A stretch of DNA of 57,720 bases from an uncultured virus (IMG/VR IMGVR_UViG_3300008262_000056). Taxonomy: Duplodnaviria > Heunggongvirae > Uroviricota > Caudoviricetes. The notes beneath the pieces are model-generated. The model was given only the letters and a program-made list of their open reading frames with translations, did not search any database and had not been told where the DNA came from. Both the position numbers and the translations under genes were made by a program. Below are positions 10,101 to 20,433 of the stretch, piece by piece. Every line of letters begins with the position of its first letter. The stretch's first letter is position 1. The DNA lies in the IMG/VR virus record IMGVR_UViG_3300008262_000056, one strand, 5' to 3'.

Positions 10101-12755
10101 TCTAACTCAAATGGAACATCAAGTTTACCGGCAATAATTTATATTGATCAACCACAAGTTAGTCAAGTTGCGGGAACTATAACACAAGAACAAAGTTTTT
10201 TACAATATCCGACAGATATAGAATATTTCCAATTGTTAACTGGTTTAACTGTAACAGACTTTGTAAACACTTCTTTAGGAACATCAGGATATTACAAAAG
10301 TGCTTATTTAGAACACAATGTACAATTTAATTATCCAATATGTAATGGAAATAATGTGCCTATTTGTCCTTCTTTTGGTCCATACACAATCCAAGACGTT
10401 TTATACACTATGCCGAATTGGCAAAATTTTGAAGTTTGTATTTTTGTTCGAGGTGTTGACCCTCACACCGCACCTCAAACAATTTCTTACGACGTGTCTA
10501 AAATATTTGGTCATACTTCGTTCAATGGAAGTGTAGTGATCAGTGGTAGTTATTATTTGAATGTACCAATACAAAGTTCTACGGTATCTCAAAAACCTCA
10601 AACACACAATACAACAAATAACAATAATGTTAAATTGTATTTTCCATCTTATAATTTTACAATTACACCACCAAGTATCAACCCAAACAACTATAGCGGT
10701 TTTACATCAAATTTACCTTATTTTTATTTAAGTACTGATGACACACCATCATATACACCAACACCTGGATGGTTAAATGTATCAACACAAACACAAGGTT
10801 CTCCTTTTGTTTATGTTGACTCGAGTTCACAATATACTTTACCAAGAAACCAAGCAAATCCAACGACATATGTTGGGGGTGGTGCGTTTTTAGGATGGGT
10901 TGGTAACAATCCGTTTTCATCAAACATGTTGACTGATACCGCAATATCTGACGATAATCAAAAGAAACAATATTATAACACTAATGCGGGATATTTTCAA
11001 CAACAATCTTCATGTGGAGGAAATGGTAATCTAAGTTCTTTATATTCTCCGGCATATTATAATCAATCTTTTTCACCTATAAATTTTGGAAATTCACTTC
11101 TTATAATCATGAGAAGTGATAGGTTACCAACCTCAACAAGAGTTGAAAATGGAGCAAGTCCTACAACAGGATATGCTTTACATCAGAACAACAATTTTGC
11201 GGTTTATACTGTTAGTGGTGAATTAGAACCACCAACAATAACTGCAGGTGCTGACTTACCATCAGGTGATAGTTTTGATGAAACTGGACCAACTTCAGCT
11301 TTGACCTCTACTTTAACATGTGAAGGTATGGTTCCTTTAGAGTGTTATAGCGGTTCAGGAAATAATGTTGGTGTAATACCTGCAGGACAATGTTCTATAC
11401 CTGAAAACAGGATGATAAATGGATGTTACTGTCTTCTTAATAAAAAATATGTCAAAGAGTATGGTTCAGATGTGAGATTATTTTTAGAATGGAAAGTTAG
11501 ATTTACCATGAACTTTGCTGCGTGTAGAGGAGTTTTTGCTCAAGTATTCCAAAACAATTGGATCAACGGAGTTCTTTATATGTTTAATTTTAACAAAAGA
11601 CAAACATTCGGTGTTAATCCATTGATACCAAATTATGATTATTGTACTGATGTTATTGTATTTGACGACATTAATAATAGTTTTTTCTACAGATCATCTC
11701 CTTGGAATAAAACCATCCAACAATTTATTGGTAAGAATAAACCACAAATTAATCCATTAATACCACAAAGATTGGCAACATTCCCAGGTTTTGGGTATAA
11801 TGATAGACAAATCCAATTTCCAACTACACTTACAGATTTAGGACCAAGAGACTTTTTTATAAATGAGATCTGTTGTGGGGCTGGTGAAAACGGGTTTGGA
11901 TCCTATTATGCTGACCAATTAAAATCTACCTCATATCAAGATAACTCAGACATTATACAACTTGGGTTTTTATCAAGAATATTGAATGAAGGTGTAAGAC
12001 AAAGAATATTACCAATAGGACAAGGTCAAAATAATACTGAGGGTAAAGGGATTGAACAATTCTTCAATAGCACAAGGGGAGGATACAGAATAGACGGAGA
12101 TTGGGCACAAATGTTATCAATCAACTCGGAATGGAAGGTTTTACCATTTATAAGTGAAAACCTTACAGGACCAAATGCTAATGATTTTATTTTCTTTGGT
12201 GATAATTATTATCCTGCAACCCCTCCATCAGGGGCAAATGATATAAAACCTATTATGGGACTATTTTTCCAAACCCCTCTTGAAAATTTAAGATATAGAA
12301 AAATTGAATCACCAGGTATTGAAACGTATAACTTCAACCCATTAATTCAAAATTACTTTGGATATGGTAAATCACAAGTGGTTCCACATTACAAGTGGAG
12401 TTTAAAACAAAGTAACCCAAGTCAAAACATATTTGGAACTGAAGACAATAATTGGTATACAAATGTTGTTGGACAAGGTTTCTTTAAGAAAAAATACCAA
12501 GATCTAGATTTTACAACTTTGGGTGAAAAGTATATTACAAGTACTACTAATTTAGGTTACATTTCAAACTATACATTAGCTGGTGTACCTGAACCACTTA
12601 TACCGCCATCAGTTGTCAATCAGGGACAACCTATTGGTAGCGCTAATCAAGCAGTAGTTGTCGGAGCACCTTACCATTTCTACTTTGGTTTGAACAATGG
12701 TAAAACTGCTTTGAATAGATTCTATAAACTTTATGTAGCAACAACAGAAGAATGA
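7164..12755 (+). CDS. Very large (1863 aa) putative baseplate/tail structural protein with an N-terminal beta-sandwich (carboxypeptidase-regulatory-like) region and an internal hydrophobic segment
   Basis: VVVGRVFVNNGFGLPNARVSVF...TNESGDFMIFGVPVG; hydrophobic stretch near aa 575-685; lies in baseplate operon behind TATTTAT at 7139. Confidence 0.55.
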   Translation: MPKSYRIRTEVGVDKYINVNLEQDWESLEVLSLKILANDVYTRMCADYGVVVGRVFVNNGFGLPNARVSVFIPLDDADELNPVISELYPYKTITDTNEEGYRYNLLPKLPSYRGHQSTGSFPNVSDVLMDDSYIEVYDKYYRFTVKTNESGDFMIFGVPVGNQTIVMDVDLSDIGCFSLSPQDLIQQGLATESQVNGSTFKSSTNLRELPQIKNLVFDVDVSPFWGDPDLCQVAITRVDFDLTKLANINIQPTSIFMGSIISTTDDDALKVSCKPKNNTGNLCEIVSGPGEILAIRHTINSDDQGLPILEQYQIEEEGKVIDQDGTYLLNVPMNLDYVFTNEFGQQVLSDDPSKGIPTKGRYRFKFKWQNEQGLQGSFLRANFLVPNVKEYGWTNYTVDPLTNNTPSTYPYNLGVGVVTGSTVVFGTAQGLADPTTTNVQSYIIYINGQPYTGTLNAIEITPGDQLQIVANPVDPSQPQVITFKQYPQALFDLYRSYAFSTDWDDYVNKQEAINCEDTFYEFQYNKVYTTAMFLDRYKNGIGRAKHLGIKEIDNRTCKSTVNTFPVNDIIRNFDPIFFVFNVLVNILTFPILVLLFVAHLIALLWPVLKYLLLFLGPYIVYQGVSAGIDLVYYITSLGDFAPLGGPVISIGTILQIIAQGLKVIIQVAAGLAFTYFYTKFFLDNTQNGKIDNFPRIGLPMIAYPDCTSCDCDCGTATLDDDFDANTLAQEQQEIQNSLQDPSSGLGFDVVLTQTNSVIAPVNSPGSYDVSHPNFENDDNGDDPFQCGSTGGFKSFESLLGQNDISTAVAVKAALDFKRIISGYDVLSSTDPNKLYSNEQYLLHAPQPFLWSANKQGAGIADERYFAYPTTATFPQQLNQFNTRDKYFSGVNQIKTTVNPISGSTPFFDQVVVVLMNSGTAASITPGGICSFQDPNYMDSGSQFRMRNLTGATLNQFGNNAITGLTTTGVTTYTVNYADPSNSNGTSSLPAIIYIDQPQVSQVAGTITQEQSFLQYPTDIEYFQLLTGLTVTDFVNTSLGTSGYYKSAYLEHNVQFNYPICNGNNVPICPSFGPYTIQDVLYTMPNWQNFEVCIFVRGVDPHTAPQTISYDVSKIFGHTSFNGSVVISGSYYLNVPIQSSTVSQKPQTHNTTNNNNVKLYFPSYNFTITPPSINPNNYSGFTSNLPYFYLSTDDTPSYTPTPGWLNVSTQTQGSPFVYVDSSSQYTLPRNQANPTTYVGGGAFLGWVGNNPFSSNMLTDTAISDDNQKKQYYNTNAGYFQQQSSCGGNGNLSSLYSPAYYNQSFSPINFGNSLLIIMRSDRLPTSTRVENGASPTTGYALHQNNNFAVYTVSGELEPPTITAGADLPSGDSFDETGPTSALTSTLTCEGMVPLECYSGSGNNVGVIPAGQCSIPENRMINGCYCLLNKKYVKEYGSDVRLFLEWKVRFTMNFAACRGVFAQVFQNNWINGVLYMFNFNKRQTFGVNPLIPNYDYCTDVIVFDDINNSFFYRSSPWNKTIQQFIGKNKPQINPLIPQRLATFPGFGYNDRQIQFPTTLTDLGPRDFFINEICCGAGENGFGSYYADQLKSTSYQDNSDIIQLGFLSRILNEGVRQRILPIGQGQNNTEGKGIEQFFNSTRGGYRIDGDWAQMLSINSEWKVLPFISENLTGPNANDFIFFGDNYYPATPPSGANDIKPIMGLFFQTPLENLRYRKIESPGIETYNFNPLIQNYFGYGKSQVVPHYKWSLKQSNPSQNIFGTEDNNWYTNVVGQGFFKKKYQDLDFTTLGEKYITSTTNLGYISNYTLAGVPEPLIPPSVVNQGQPIGSANQAVVVGAPYHFYFGLNNGKTALNRFYKLYVATTEE

Positions 12756-14548
12756 TGACAGTAGATCCATCAACAAGAATAATAGAATCAACGCAGAGAT
12801 ATAAATCGGCACCAAAAGTTGATCAATTTATAAATGTACCGTTCGCTCAAACTTCAAAAGACTTAATCGAATATGATAGAAGTGTTGATTTGAGTTTGGC
12901 AACTGTTTTTGATGAAGAAAGACAAGCGTCCACAATATTCAGACCTGTTACCAAATTTACGGTTTTATTTGAAAACGCTTATACTGGGTCAACAAAATAT
13001 GTTCCATATAGAGATAATCTATATTATACAAATGAACTAAATAACGCTATTCTATATTACCCATCAGGAAATTTTGGACCAAACCCATCAACAGTCCAAA
13101 CAGTTCAGTGGACAGGATTTCCACAATATTATGAATTCGATTTTATACGAACAGATAATGATGTAATTGGTTATACTCAACCACCAAATAATCATTTAGA
13201 TTTTAAAAACGTAAGTGCAACAACTTACAATTGGAGTCACTATTTAAGTTATGCTTTTATAAATGATTATAATAAAAATTTATTTGCCGTTGAACCTAAT
13301 TCTCAAATTAATTGGTCTTGGGTTGCTTCAGATGGTTTACCATACTATATAATGGTGGGTAACGATTTGAATGGGTTGAATATTACATTTAAGTGTCCTG
13401 TAGAACATGGTTTACAAGTAGGAGAGTTTGTTTTATTATCAACAAACTATAACGGAACTGAAATGTTTCAGGTATCAAGTTTGGGGGACACTGGAGATGG
13501 ATCGGACGCATTTATTTTCAACATTAAAAATATTGGTTATACAGGAACAACATTCCAAACAAATTCACAAGGGACTTTCAAAAGAGTTATAAATGCCGCA
13601 AATTCGGGAGATACTGTTAGTGAATATTATATAAGAAAACACAGAATATTAACAAATCAAGAATGTTCTGTCTTAGTAAATGCAGGGTTTGAAAGAAATA
13701 TTTATGGAGATAAAAGAAAATGTGAAATAAAAGTTTTAACACCAAATAACAAAGCTAGAGTGTCAACAAAAGAAGGTAATAGATCGTATACCCTTTCATT
13801 TAATTGTGATGTTGATATACAACCATTGAGAGATAACCAAGGAAGACCCTTAAGTGAATTATTTTTTACGTCAATTTGGAGAGGTTATTTTGGATGGACT
13901 AAAGATCTAAAACAAGGGTGGTACTTTAACACCTTCTTAGAGAATAAAAAACCTCAATCATGGTGGGATGACAATAATGTTAACTCAAATGTTATTGTTA
14001 ATCAAAATAGTTATGTTTCATTGTTAGGATCAGGACCTTTCTTTTATAATGATTTTTTACAGTCTGGTGACACTATAGATGGTGATTATTGTGAGTGGAA
14101 TAATTACGAACAATTAGAAAGAGTTATTTCTTTGTATCAACATAAAATAAAATATAACCCATTATGGTTCACACTTTATAATGATTTCTTACCCACAAAT
14201 CAGCCAGGTTATTTTTATCAACCACACAGTGCAATACAAATTGCGGCATTTTCAGATTACATTGAAGAGGGTGATTCATCAAATGTTGTTGGTATTCCTG
14301 ATTATGCTTATTACTCAACTATGGCGGCATTATTTAGATGGAGAGATAAATATCCTTATGGTTTTATTGATACTGACGGTATTGGTGTTGATTATCCGTT
14401 CTTAAATAATGCTCATTATCCTTATAAAAATACAATTTTTAGAATTACTCCTGAATTATATAATATACCAAATGATTATGCAATTTCAGGTTCGGTTCCA
14501 TTGAACATAACAACAATAGCAGAACCAACTACAGATGAATGCGAATAG
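12752..14548 (+). CDS. Putative virion structural protein (598 aa)
   Basis: ATGA overlap with previous gene; aromatic/beta-rich composition; structural operon. Confidence 0.5.
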   Translation: MMTVDPSTRIIESTQRYKSAPKVDQFINVPFAQTSKDLIEYDRSVDLSLATVFDEERQASTIFRPVTKFTVLFENAYTGSTKYVPYRDNLYYTNELNNAILYYPSGNFGPNPSTVQTVQWTGFPQYYEFDFIRTDNDVIGYTQPPNNHLDFKNVSATTYNWSHYLSYAFINDYNKNLFAVEPNSQINWSWVASDGLPYYIMVGNDLNGLNITFKCPVEHGLQVGEFVLLSTNYNGTEMFQVSSLGDTGDGSDAFIFNIKNIGYTGTTFQTNSQGTFKRVINAANSGDTVSEYYIRKHRILTNQECSVLVNAGFERNIYGDKRKCEIKVLTPNNKARVSTKEGNRSYTLSFNCDVDIQPLRDNQGRPLSELFFTSIWRGYFGWTKDLKQGWYFNTFLENKKPQSWWDDNNVNSNVIVNQNSYVSLLGSGPFFYNDFLQSGDTIDGDYCEWNNYEQLERVISLYQHKIKYNPLWFTLYNDFLPTNQPGYFYQPHSAIQIAAFSDYIEEGDSSNVVGIPDYAYYSTMAALFRWRDKYPYGFIDTDGIGVDYPFLNNAHYPYKNTIFRITPELYNIPNDYAISGSVPLNITTIAEPTTDECE

Positions 14549-15338
14549 AATAAAAATTTTAAAAACCGAACTTGAACAATTTGTTAATATACCAATTAAC
14601 ATGCAATGGGATTTTATGGGTAAAGATGATGCGATTGATGAATACGAAGTGAGTGTACTTGATCAAGTTATAGGACCTGCGGCGGATTTTGAAATTGCAA
14701 GGTTTCCACATAATATATTTCAGAATCAAGATACAGCAATTAATTATGAATTTTATTTTTATGATGATTCACAACCAATAACAGCAAACACTGTTGGTAA
14801 CTGGAATATTTCATATTTAAATAACGGATTCACCGCGGAAGAAATTTACTACTATTCAAAACCGTTTACTAAATCGTTTTTTAAGTTGGATTTTTATGAT
14901 ACTGCAGATGAAAGAGATCAACAAATCTATCTATCTGTAATTTTACCTGTTCAACAAGGATTAACACAAACAGTTGTTATATCTCCTTTAGTCCCACCAG
15001 TTGAAATTAAAAAACCAAAAATGGTTTTAGATTATTTAGGTGATAAAGAAGGATTTTTTATTTATTGGTTAAGAAGTAGAGATTTTATAGATGTCGATAC
15101 TTTTTATGTGACTGCAAAATTTTTTGATGCTAGGTTAGGTTTTTTTAAACAAATGACCAATACAAGACAAGATTTAATAACACCAACCAAATTTACTTTT
15201 AATAATGCAGACTATTTCTATTATAGATATAGTTTGAATTACGCAACTAAAACTTACGAGGTATTCTCCACTTCAACAAACTTAAGAGTTGGGGACGGAT
15301 TATCACCGATAAAATGGTATGAATATGTTAATCCATAA
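14535..15338 (+). CDS. Putative virion structural protein (267 aa)
   Basis: Overlapping gene in structural operon. Confidence 0.5.
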   Translation: MNANRIKILKTELEQFVNIPINMQWDFMGKDDAIDEYEVSVLDQVIGPAADFEIARFPHNIFQNQDTAINYEFYFYDDSQPITANTVGNWNISYLNNGFTAEEIYYYSKPFTKSFFKLDFYDTADERDQQIYLSVILPVQQGLTQTVVISPLVPPVEIKKPKMVLDYLGDKEGFFIYWLRSRDFIDVDTFYVTAKFFDARLGFFKQMTNTRQDLITPTKFTFNNADYFYYRYSLNYATKTYEVFSTSTNLRVGDGLSPIKWYEYVNP

Positions 15339-16513
15339 TGGAATTACAACAATATAATTTCATAATTTCTCCTGAAAACATCAAGAGTGATTTAGTATTT
15401 GTTCCTTATACAGGGGAGACAGATATAACGACAATCATAGACCCTTGTTGTTTAACAGCATTTACATTTAGTGCAGTAACAACAGGGACAACAGGTGTTT
15501 ATTTACCAATGGAATATGTGTTATCAGGAAATACAGGTGGTACATCATTTTTAACGGGATTAACGGTTAATTTAATGTTTACAGAATCTACTGTGGACAT
15601 TGGGTATTACACGCCAACGGACGGTTTAATTTTACAACTTGACGTTTTAAATAATTTTATTGTAACAGCAAATACAATAAATCCTTACACTTTCACATTT
15701 TATAATACTTCAGATTTAGAGTTAATAAAATTCTTACAATTAGTTACTTATACTTTAGATTGGGGTGATGGATCAGCACCACAAGCAGTCTTAGGTATTT
15801 CACCAATAACACATACATATCCTGTTAGTCAAACATCTTATACAATAACACTTACGGCAAACTCACCATGGGGTATTTCAAAAGTTCAAAAAGATATTAT
15901 TGTACCTTACACAAATGCAACAATACCAAATCCAAACGGATCAATAACGTTTTATCCTGCGGGAGGTAGTTGGTCGGCAACACCTATAAGTTATGATTAT
16001 ATTTTTACAGGTGACTCAAACACAAACATAATTGATTATTATTCCTACAATTATACATCAGTTCCATTTCCAATAACAGGTTTAACCTTATCTTCTGTTA
16101 ACGACTTAGCACAATTTGGACCTAAAACAAATTTATATGATGGTAAATTTAAATTAGGAGTTCAGGTTACAGGAACAACAGGGGCTATTGGAACATTTTG
16201 GGGACCTGATCCGAGTAATTCTTATACAGCATATACCATAAATGGTATGACTTATTTGGACTACGAAGATTATACCATTTATGTTACAGATTCTTATGGT
16301 TTAGTTCCTGGTGATATTGTTTTAACGGCATTAACAAAAAATGAGGCTTTATTAAATGTTATAGATCAACCTGAAATCATTACTAATGTTTTTGTTGAGA
16401 GAGGTAAATACACACCATTGGAAAATATACAAAGAATTGGGGAAGTTGATAATGTAGGAGACTTAGAAAAATACGGATACAAATATTTCAACATTGAAAA
16501 AGTATCAACATAA
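15338..16513 (+). CDS. Putative virion protein with a PKD (Ig-like) domain
   Basis: YTLDWGDGS...ITHTY...YTITLTANSPWG is the PKD signature. Confidence 0.65.
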   Translation: MELQQYNFIISPENIKSDLVFVPYTGETDITTIIDPCCLTAFTFSAVTTGTTGVYLPMEYVLSGNTGGTSFLTGLTVNLMFTESTVDIGYYTPTDGLILQLDVLNNFIVTANTINPYTFTFYNTSDLELIKFLQLVTYTLDWGDGSAPQAVLGISPITHTYPVSQTSYTITLTANSPWGISKVQKDIIVPYTNATIPNPNGSITFYPAGGSWSATPISYDYIFTGDSNTNIIDYYSYNYTSVPFPITGLTLSSVNDLAQFGPKTNLYDGKFKLGVQVTGTTGAIGTFWGPDPSNSYTAYTINGMTYLDYEDYTIYVTDSYGLVPGDIVLTALTKNEALLNVIDQPEIITNVFVERGKYTPLENIQRIGEVDNVGDLEKYGYKYFNIEKVST

Positions 16514-16540
16514 CTATTTATAAAAAAAAAGAAAAAACAA

Positions 16541-17446
16541 ATGGCTACAGGTAATTACGGAACTATTAGACCAGCGGATGTCAGTCCTGAAGACGTGGAA
16601 ATCGTTATGGTTTATACACCATCAAGAGATGACACACAAAACTTCATTTTAACAACATTAAATGCTCAAGATGTCTTAAGACCATACTTCAATAATAATG
16701 CAACAGGAGGAAATACTGTTGAAGTTTTAGGTGGGTTGTATAGTTTAAAACTACCTGCCGATCAGTTCACAAGTTTGGGAATTTATACTTTAATGATTAG
16801 ACCCGCACAAATTAGAACGACTATCACAGATTGTGGTGTTTTATCTGCTCTACCAAATGTTAAAGGAATAGTAATTGATTTGAATAATGTACCAACAGAA
16901 TATAGAAATAAATTTGTTAATCAAGGACTTGTAGGATTTAGAGTGGAATATTTGAATCCCGATGGAACAAAAATTCCTAACTTCTTTAGAATAATAACAT
17001 CTTCATTCTACTGTGAACCAGTCATTCAAAACTTAACTAACACAATTCAAAAATCTATTAGATATAGATATGTTGAAGGTGCAACAAATCTTTTATTTTG
17101 TACACTTTCACCATCTTCATCACCAACAAACAAACCAAGTGCAACTCCGTATATCGGACAACCTAACCAAAGTATTATAATAAGTAATACTTACTTCAAT
17201 CCAATATCAACAGAGATTGAAATAGTAGATCAAGATATTTCAACTTTAGCGATAGCACTTTACGGTAACCAAACTAAATCTATTGAGGACGGTATTTACA
17301 CTATTTACGACGCTGACAATAACATCTACCAACAATACAACTTGTATGAAATTAAAGATCAGTTTAATACTCTTCTTTATGAAGTTAGACAAAATCGTAA
17401 TGAAAATATCGATTTCTCTAAAGCTTTTAATAATATTGTTGCTTAA
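16541..17446 (+). CDS. Putative baseplate/tail structural protein (301 aa)
   Basis: Preceded by TATTTATA at 16515; structural operon. Confidence 0.5.
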   Translation: MATGNYGTIRPADVSPEDVEIVMVYTPSRDDTQNFILTTLNAQDVLRPYFNNNATGGNTVEVLGGLYSLKLPADQFTSLGIYTLMIRPAQIRTTITDCGVLSALPNVKGIVIDLNNVPTEYRNKFVNQGLVGFRVEYLNPDGTKIPNFFRIITSSFYCEPVIQNLTNTIQKSIRYRYVEGATNLLFCTLSPSSSPTNKPSATPYIGQPNQSIIISNTYFNPISTEIEIVDQDISTLAIALYGNQTKSIEDGIYTIYDADNNIYQQYNLYEIKDQFNTLLYEVRQNRNENIDFSKAFNNIVA

Positions 17447-20433
17447 TGGCCACACAGAAGTTTACTTGTCCACCTCAAAGTAGTGCCGCCAATGAATTCT
17501 CAAATAATTTGGTTGGAGTTCAGTTAGTCACTGGAGGAGGGTTAACGCAAGCAAATTTTAACTTCACAACAAACATATCCGAAAAACAGAATAGAACGTT
17601 TAATATTGGTACGTTTTCAGATCCAATAAATCTTGAGAGTATAAATATTGATAATAATATTGAAGCCGCTGAGATTTTAGCTAACAACTATAGAGTTTAC
17701 CCAAATTATGATTTATCTCAAGTAACAAACTTTACCCAATATGGTTCTTTAGTAAAAAGATTTTCAGTTTCAATAACTAAGATAATCAACTTTTATCCTG
17801 CAGGATTAGAGGTTTCACCAAATACAAATAAGTTTATAACTCAAGAAACGGCATTTAATATAACTTACGATGCGGTAGAGGACGACACAACTTTCGAAGT
17901 TTCAGTATCATCTATTAGAAATCCATTTGACATAGATTACACCGTTAATGCTGAAACTAATATGTTGTTTAATGAGATGGAAGTTTCACCTCTGAGGAAT
18001 ATGAAATTGGAGTATAAAAAATACGCCTTAGTTGTCAACGGCAATGAATATCCTGTAAATTATTTGTACCCTACGACAAGTAATTCATCTACATTAAAAT
18101 TAATTGTTGATGGAAACCCATTCAACGGGAATTCAATATCTTACGATTATATTGTTATAAGACCAAATAACTATGAAGTTAATAAAGTATTTAATCTGAA
18201 GTTTGATCCTGTTGAGAATTTTTTATTAAATAGAAATATTAATCCTCCATATACCGCAACTTTTACAGTACCAAGAGAACAAGAAGATGGAACATTTAAG
18301 ATAACAACAGAACTTGCCACATTCCCAAAATCAGGACTTTGGAACTTAGATATTGAATCACAAACATTTGATAACTACCTAACACAAATTAACGATTTTG
18401 CAATAAATCTTGATTCATATAACACGAATTTAGTTTCAAGATTTTTAACGACAGGTGCTCTGAAAGAGTTTGATACACCTGATCATAAATTTGAAAAACT
18501 TTTACAGATTTATGGTAGAAGTTTTGACGAAACTAAAGCATTCATTTCGGCGTTAGGTAATATTAATAGTGTTCACTATACTGTTAAAAATGATATACCG
18601 TCACAACTTTTGAAAAATTTGGCACAAACATTAGGTTGGGTAACAAACTTTTCACCTATATCGAATGAAGAATTGTTACAGGCAGTTTTTACAACACAAC
18701 CAAATACTTTTCCTGGTTTACAAATAGGACCAACGCCTGAGGAAATTAATTATCAATTTTACAGAAACTTAATTATAAATTCTGCGTGGTTATTTAAATC
18801 AAAAGGAACAAGAAAATCTATTGAGTGTCTCTTGAGGATGGTTGGAGCTCCTGAGGCTTTAATTGATTTTAACGAACACATTTATGTTGCTGATCAAAGA
18901 ATTAACATGAGTGAGTTTAATAAACAGTACTTACAATTATCGGGAGGAACTTTCCTACAAGAATATCCTGTATTAGAAACTAACAACACATACTCAATAC
19001 AAGGTATTCAGTACACTGGTTTTACAACAACATTTGCAAATGCAACAGTTTTAACTACAAGAGAAGATTATCCTGTTGATGAATTTGGATGTCCTAAAAT
19101 GCCAACACCAACGGAGGAATACTTTTTTCAAATTGGAGGAGGATGGTTCGAATCAACACCTCAACACAGGATGCCAGAATTTGTAATCCCAACAAATCAA
19201 GTATTCATAGGCGATAATCCTAATTTCCAAACTCAACTTTTACCTTTCAACTATGGAGAGGAATATCTACAACTGTACAGACATTTCCCATATATGAATT
19301 TGGGGTATAAGATTAGAAAAGTCCAAGATAATAAGAAAAGTTGGAGTGATACCTCACCAACACAACGAGTAAGTTCAGATGGTGGATTTAATGCTTATTA
19401 TGAAGTCGGTGAAGAATGTTTAACATTGAATGTAAAAAATGTTGACATTATGATGAATCCCGCACAAGGTTTGGTTTATGATGTTTGGACAATGTCTAGA
19501 CAATATAATTACCCAATACCTGAACAAGGTTTATTCTACACTCCTGACACACCTTGTAGTGTACCAAATCCTTACCCAAGATATGGTGGAATAGATTGGA
19601 CAACAATTATCCCAAAACCAAAACAAAAAACTTTCTTTGAATTTGCTCAAACATTTTGGAGAAATATGGTTAACACTAGAAACCGACAATTTATTACCGA
19701 TGGTAAAACTGGAGGTTACCCAACACTACAATCAATATATTGGAAATACTTAGAATCTCAGACACAAGCAGGAATACCAAATGATAATTTTACATACCAA
19801 ACTATGATAGATTATATTAATGGTATGGGTGACTATTGGATTAGAATGGTTGAACAAATGGTCCCTGCAACTACAATATGGAACACAGGAGTTAGATTAG
19901 AAAATTCAATATTTCATAGACAAAAATTTGTATGGAGAAGACAAGAAGGCTGTAAAATCGTTCCTGTTCCTTGTAAACCTTGTTCTTTGGCAACACAATT
20001 ATTTGTATACGATTGCCCTGTACAACAAGTGGTTTGTGGACTTTATCCTTGGAATAGTGACCCTACAATAACATCTATGGGTGCAGTCTTGAATGATACT
20101 TTAGATACTTTTTATAGCCAAAATTCATTAAACCCAACCGATTGTTTACAGAATTCAATTGTAACAACTTGGAATGTAGATTTGAGGGTAAATGGATTTG
20201 TATTGGTAATATCACCTTTCTACACAGGTATTGGACCATTCAATATCCCAACTAATTCAGAATGGGTTGACGCTTTGAGTAGTACATTAAATAATTTACT
20301 AACCTCAGGGTATAGTTATAATATTGATGAGGATAACGAACAAATAACAGTCTTTAACAATAATTGTCAACCTAATTTTGATGACTTTCAAATAAACATA
20401 GGACTTGAGTTCGAAATATATTGTAACGAATAA
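17446..20433 (+). CDS. Baseplate protein containing a P2 gpI/T4 gp7-like core
   Basis: IPSQLLKNLAQTLGW...YRNLIINSAWLFKSKGTRKSIECLLRMVG resembles the tail protein I 'KGT' motif. Confidence 0.6.
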   Translation: MATQKFTCPPQSSAANEFSNNLVGVQLVTGGGLTQANFNFTTNISEKQNRTFNIGTFSDPINLESINIDNNIEAAEILANNYRVYPNYDLSQVTNFTQYGSLVKRFSVSITKIINFYPAGLEVSPNTNKFITQETAFNITYDAVEDDTTFEVSVSSIRNPFDIDYTVNAETNMLFNEMEVSPLRNMKLEYKKYALVVNGNEYPVNYLYPTTSNSSTLKLIVDGNPFNGNSISYDYIVIRPNNYEVNKVFNLKFDPVENFLLNRNINPPYTATFTVPREQEDGTFKITTELATFPKSGLWNLDIESQTFDNYLTQINDFAINLDSYNTNLVSRFLTTGALKEFDTPDHKFEKLLQIYGRSFDETKAFISALGNINSVHYTVKNDIPSQLLKNLAQTLGWVTNFSPISNEELLQAVFTTQPNTFPGLQIGPTPEEINYQFYRNLIINSAWLFKSKGTRKSIECLLRMVGAPEALIDFNEHIYVADQRINMSEFNKQYLQLSGGTFLQEYPVLETNNTYSIQGIQYTGFTTTFANATVLTTREDYPVDEFGCPKMPTPTEEYFFQIGGGWFESTPQHRMPEFVIPTNQVFIGDNPNFQTQLLPFNYGEEYLQLYRHFPYMNLGYKIRKVQDNKKSWSDTSPTQRVSSDGGFNAYYEVGEECLTLNVKNVDIMMNPAQGLVYDVWTMSRQYNYPIPEQGLFYTPDTPCSVPNPYPRYGGIDWTTIIPKPKQKTFFEFAQTFWRNMVNTRNRQFITDGKTGGYPTLQSIYWKYLESQTQAGIPNDNFTYQTMIDYINGMGDYWIRMVEQMVPATTIWNTGVRLENSIFHRQKFVWRRQEGCKIVPVPCKPCSLATQLFVYDCPVQQVVCGLYPWNSDPTITSMGAVLNDTLDTFYSQNSLNPTDCLQNSIVTTWNVDLRVNGFVLVISPFYTGIGPFNIPTNSEWVDALSSTLNNLLTSGYSYNIDEDNEQITVFNNNCQPNFDDFQINIGLEFEIYCNE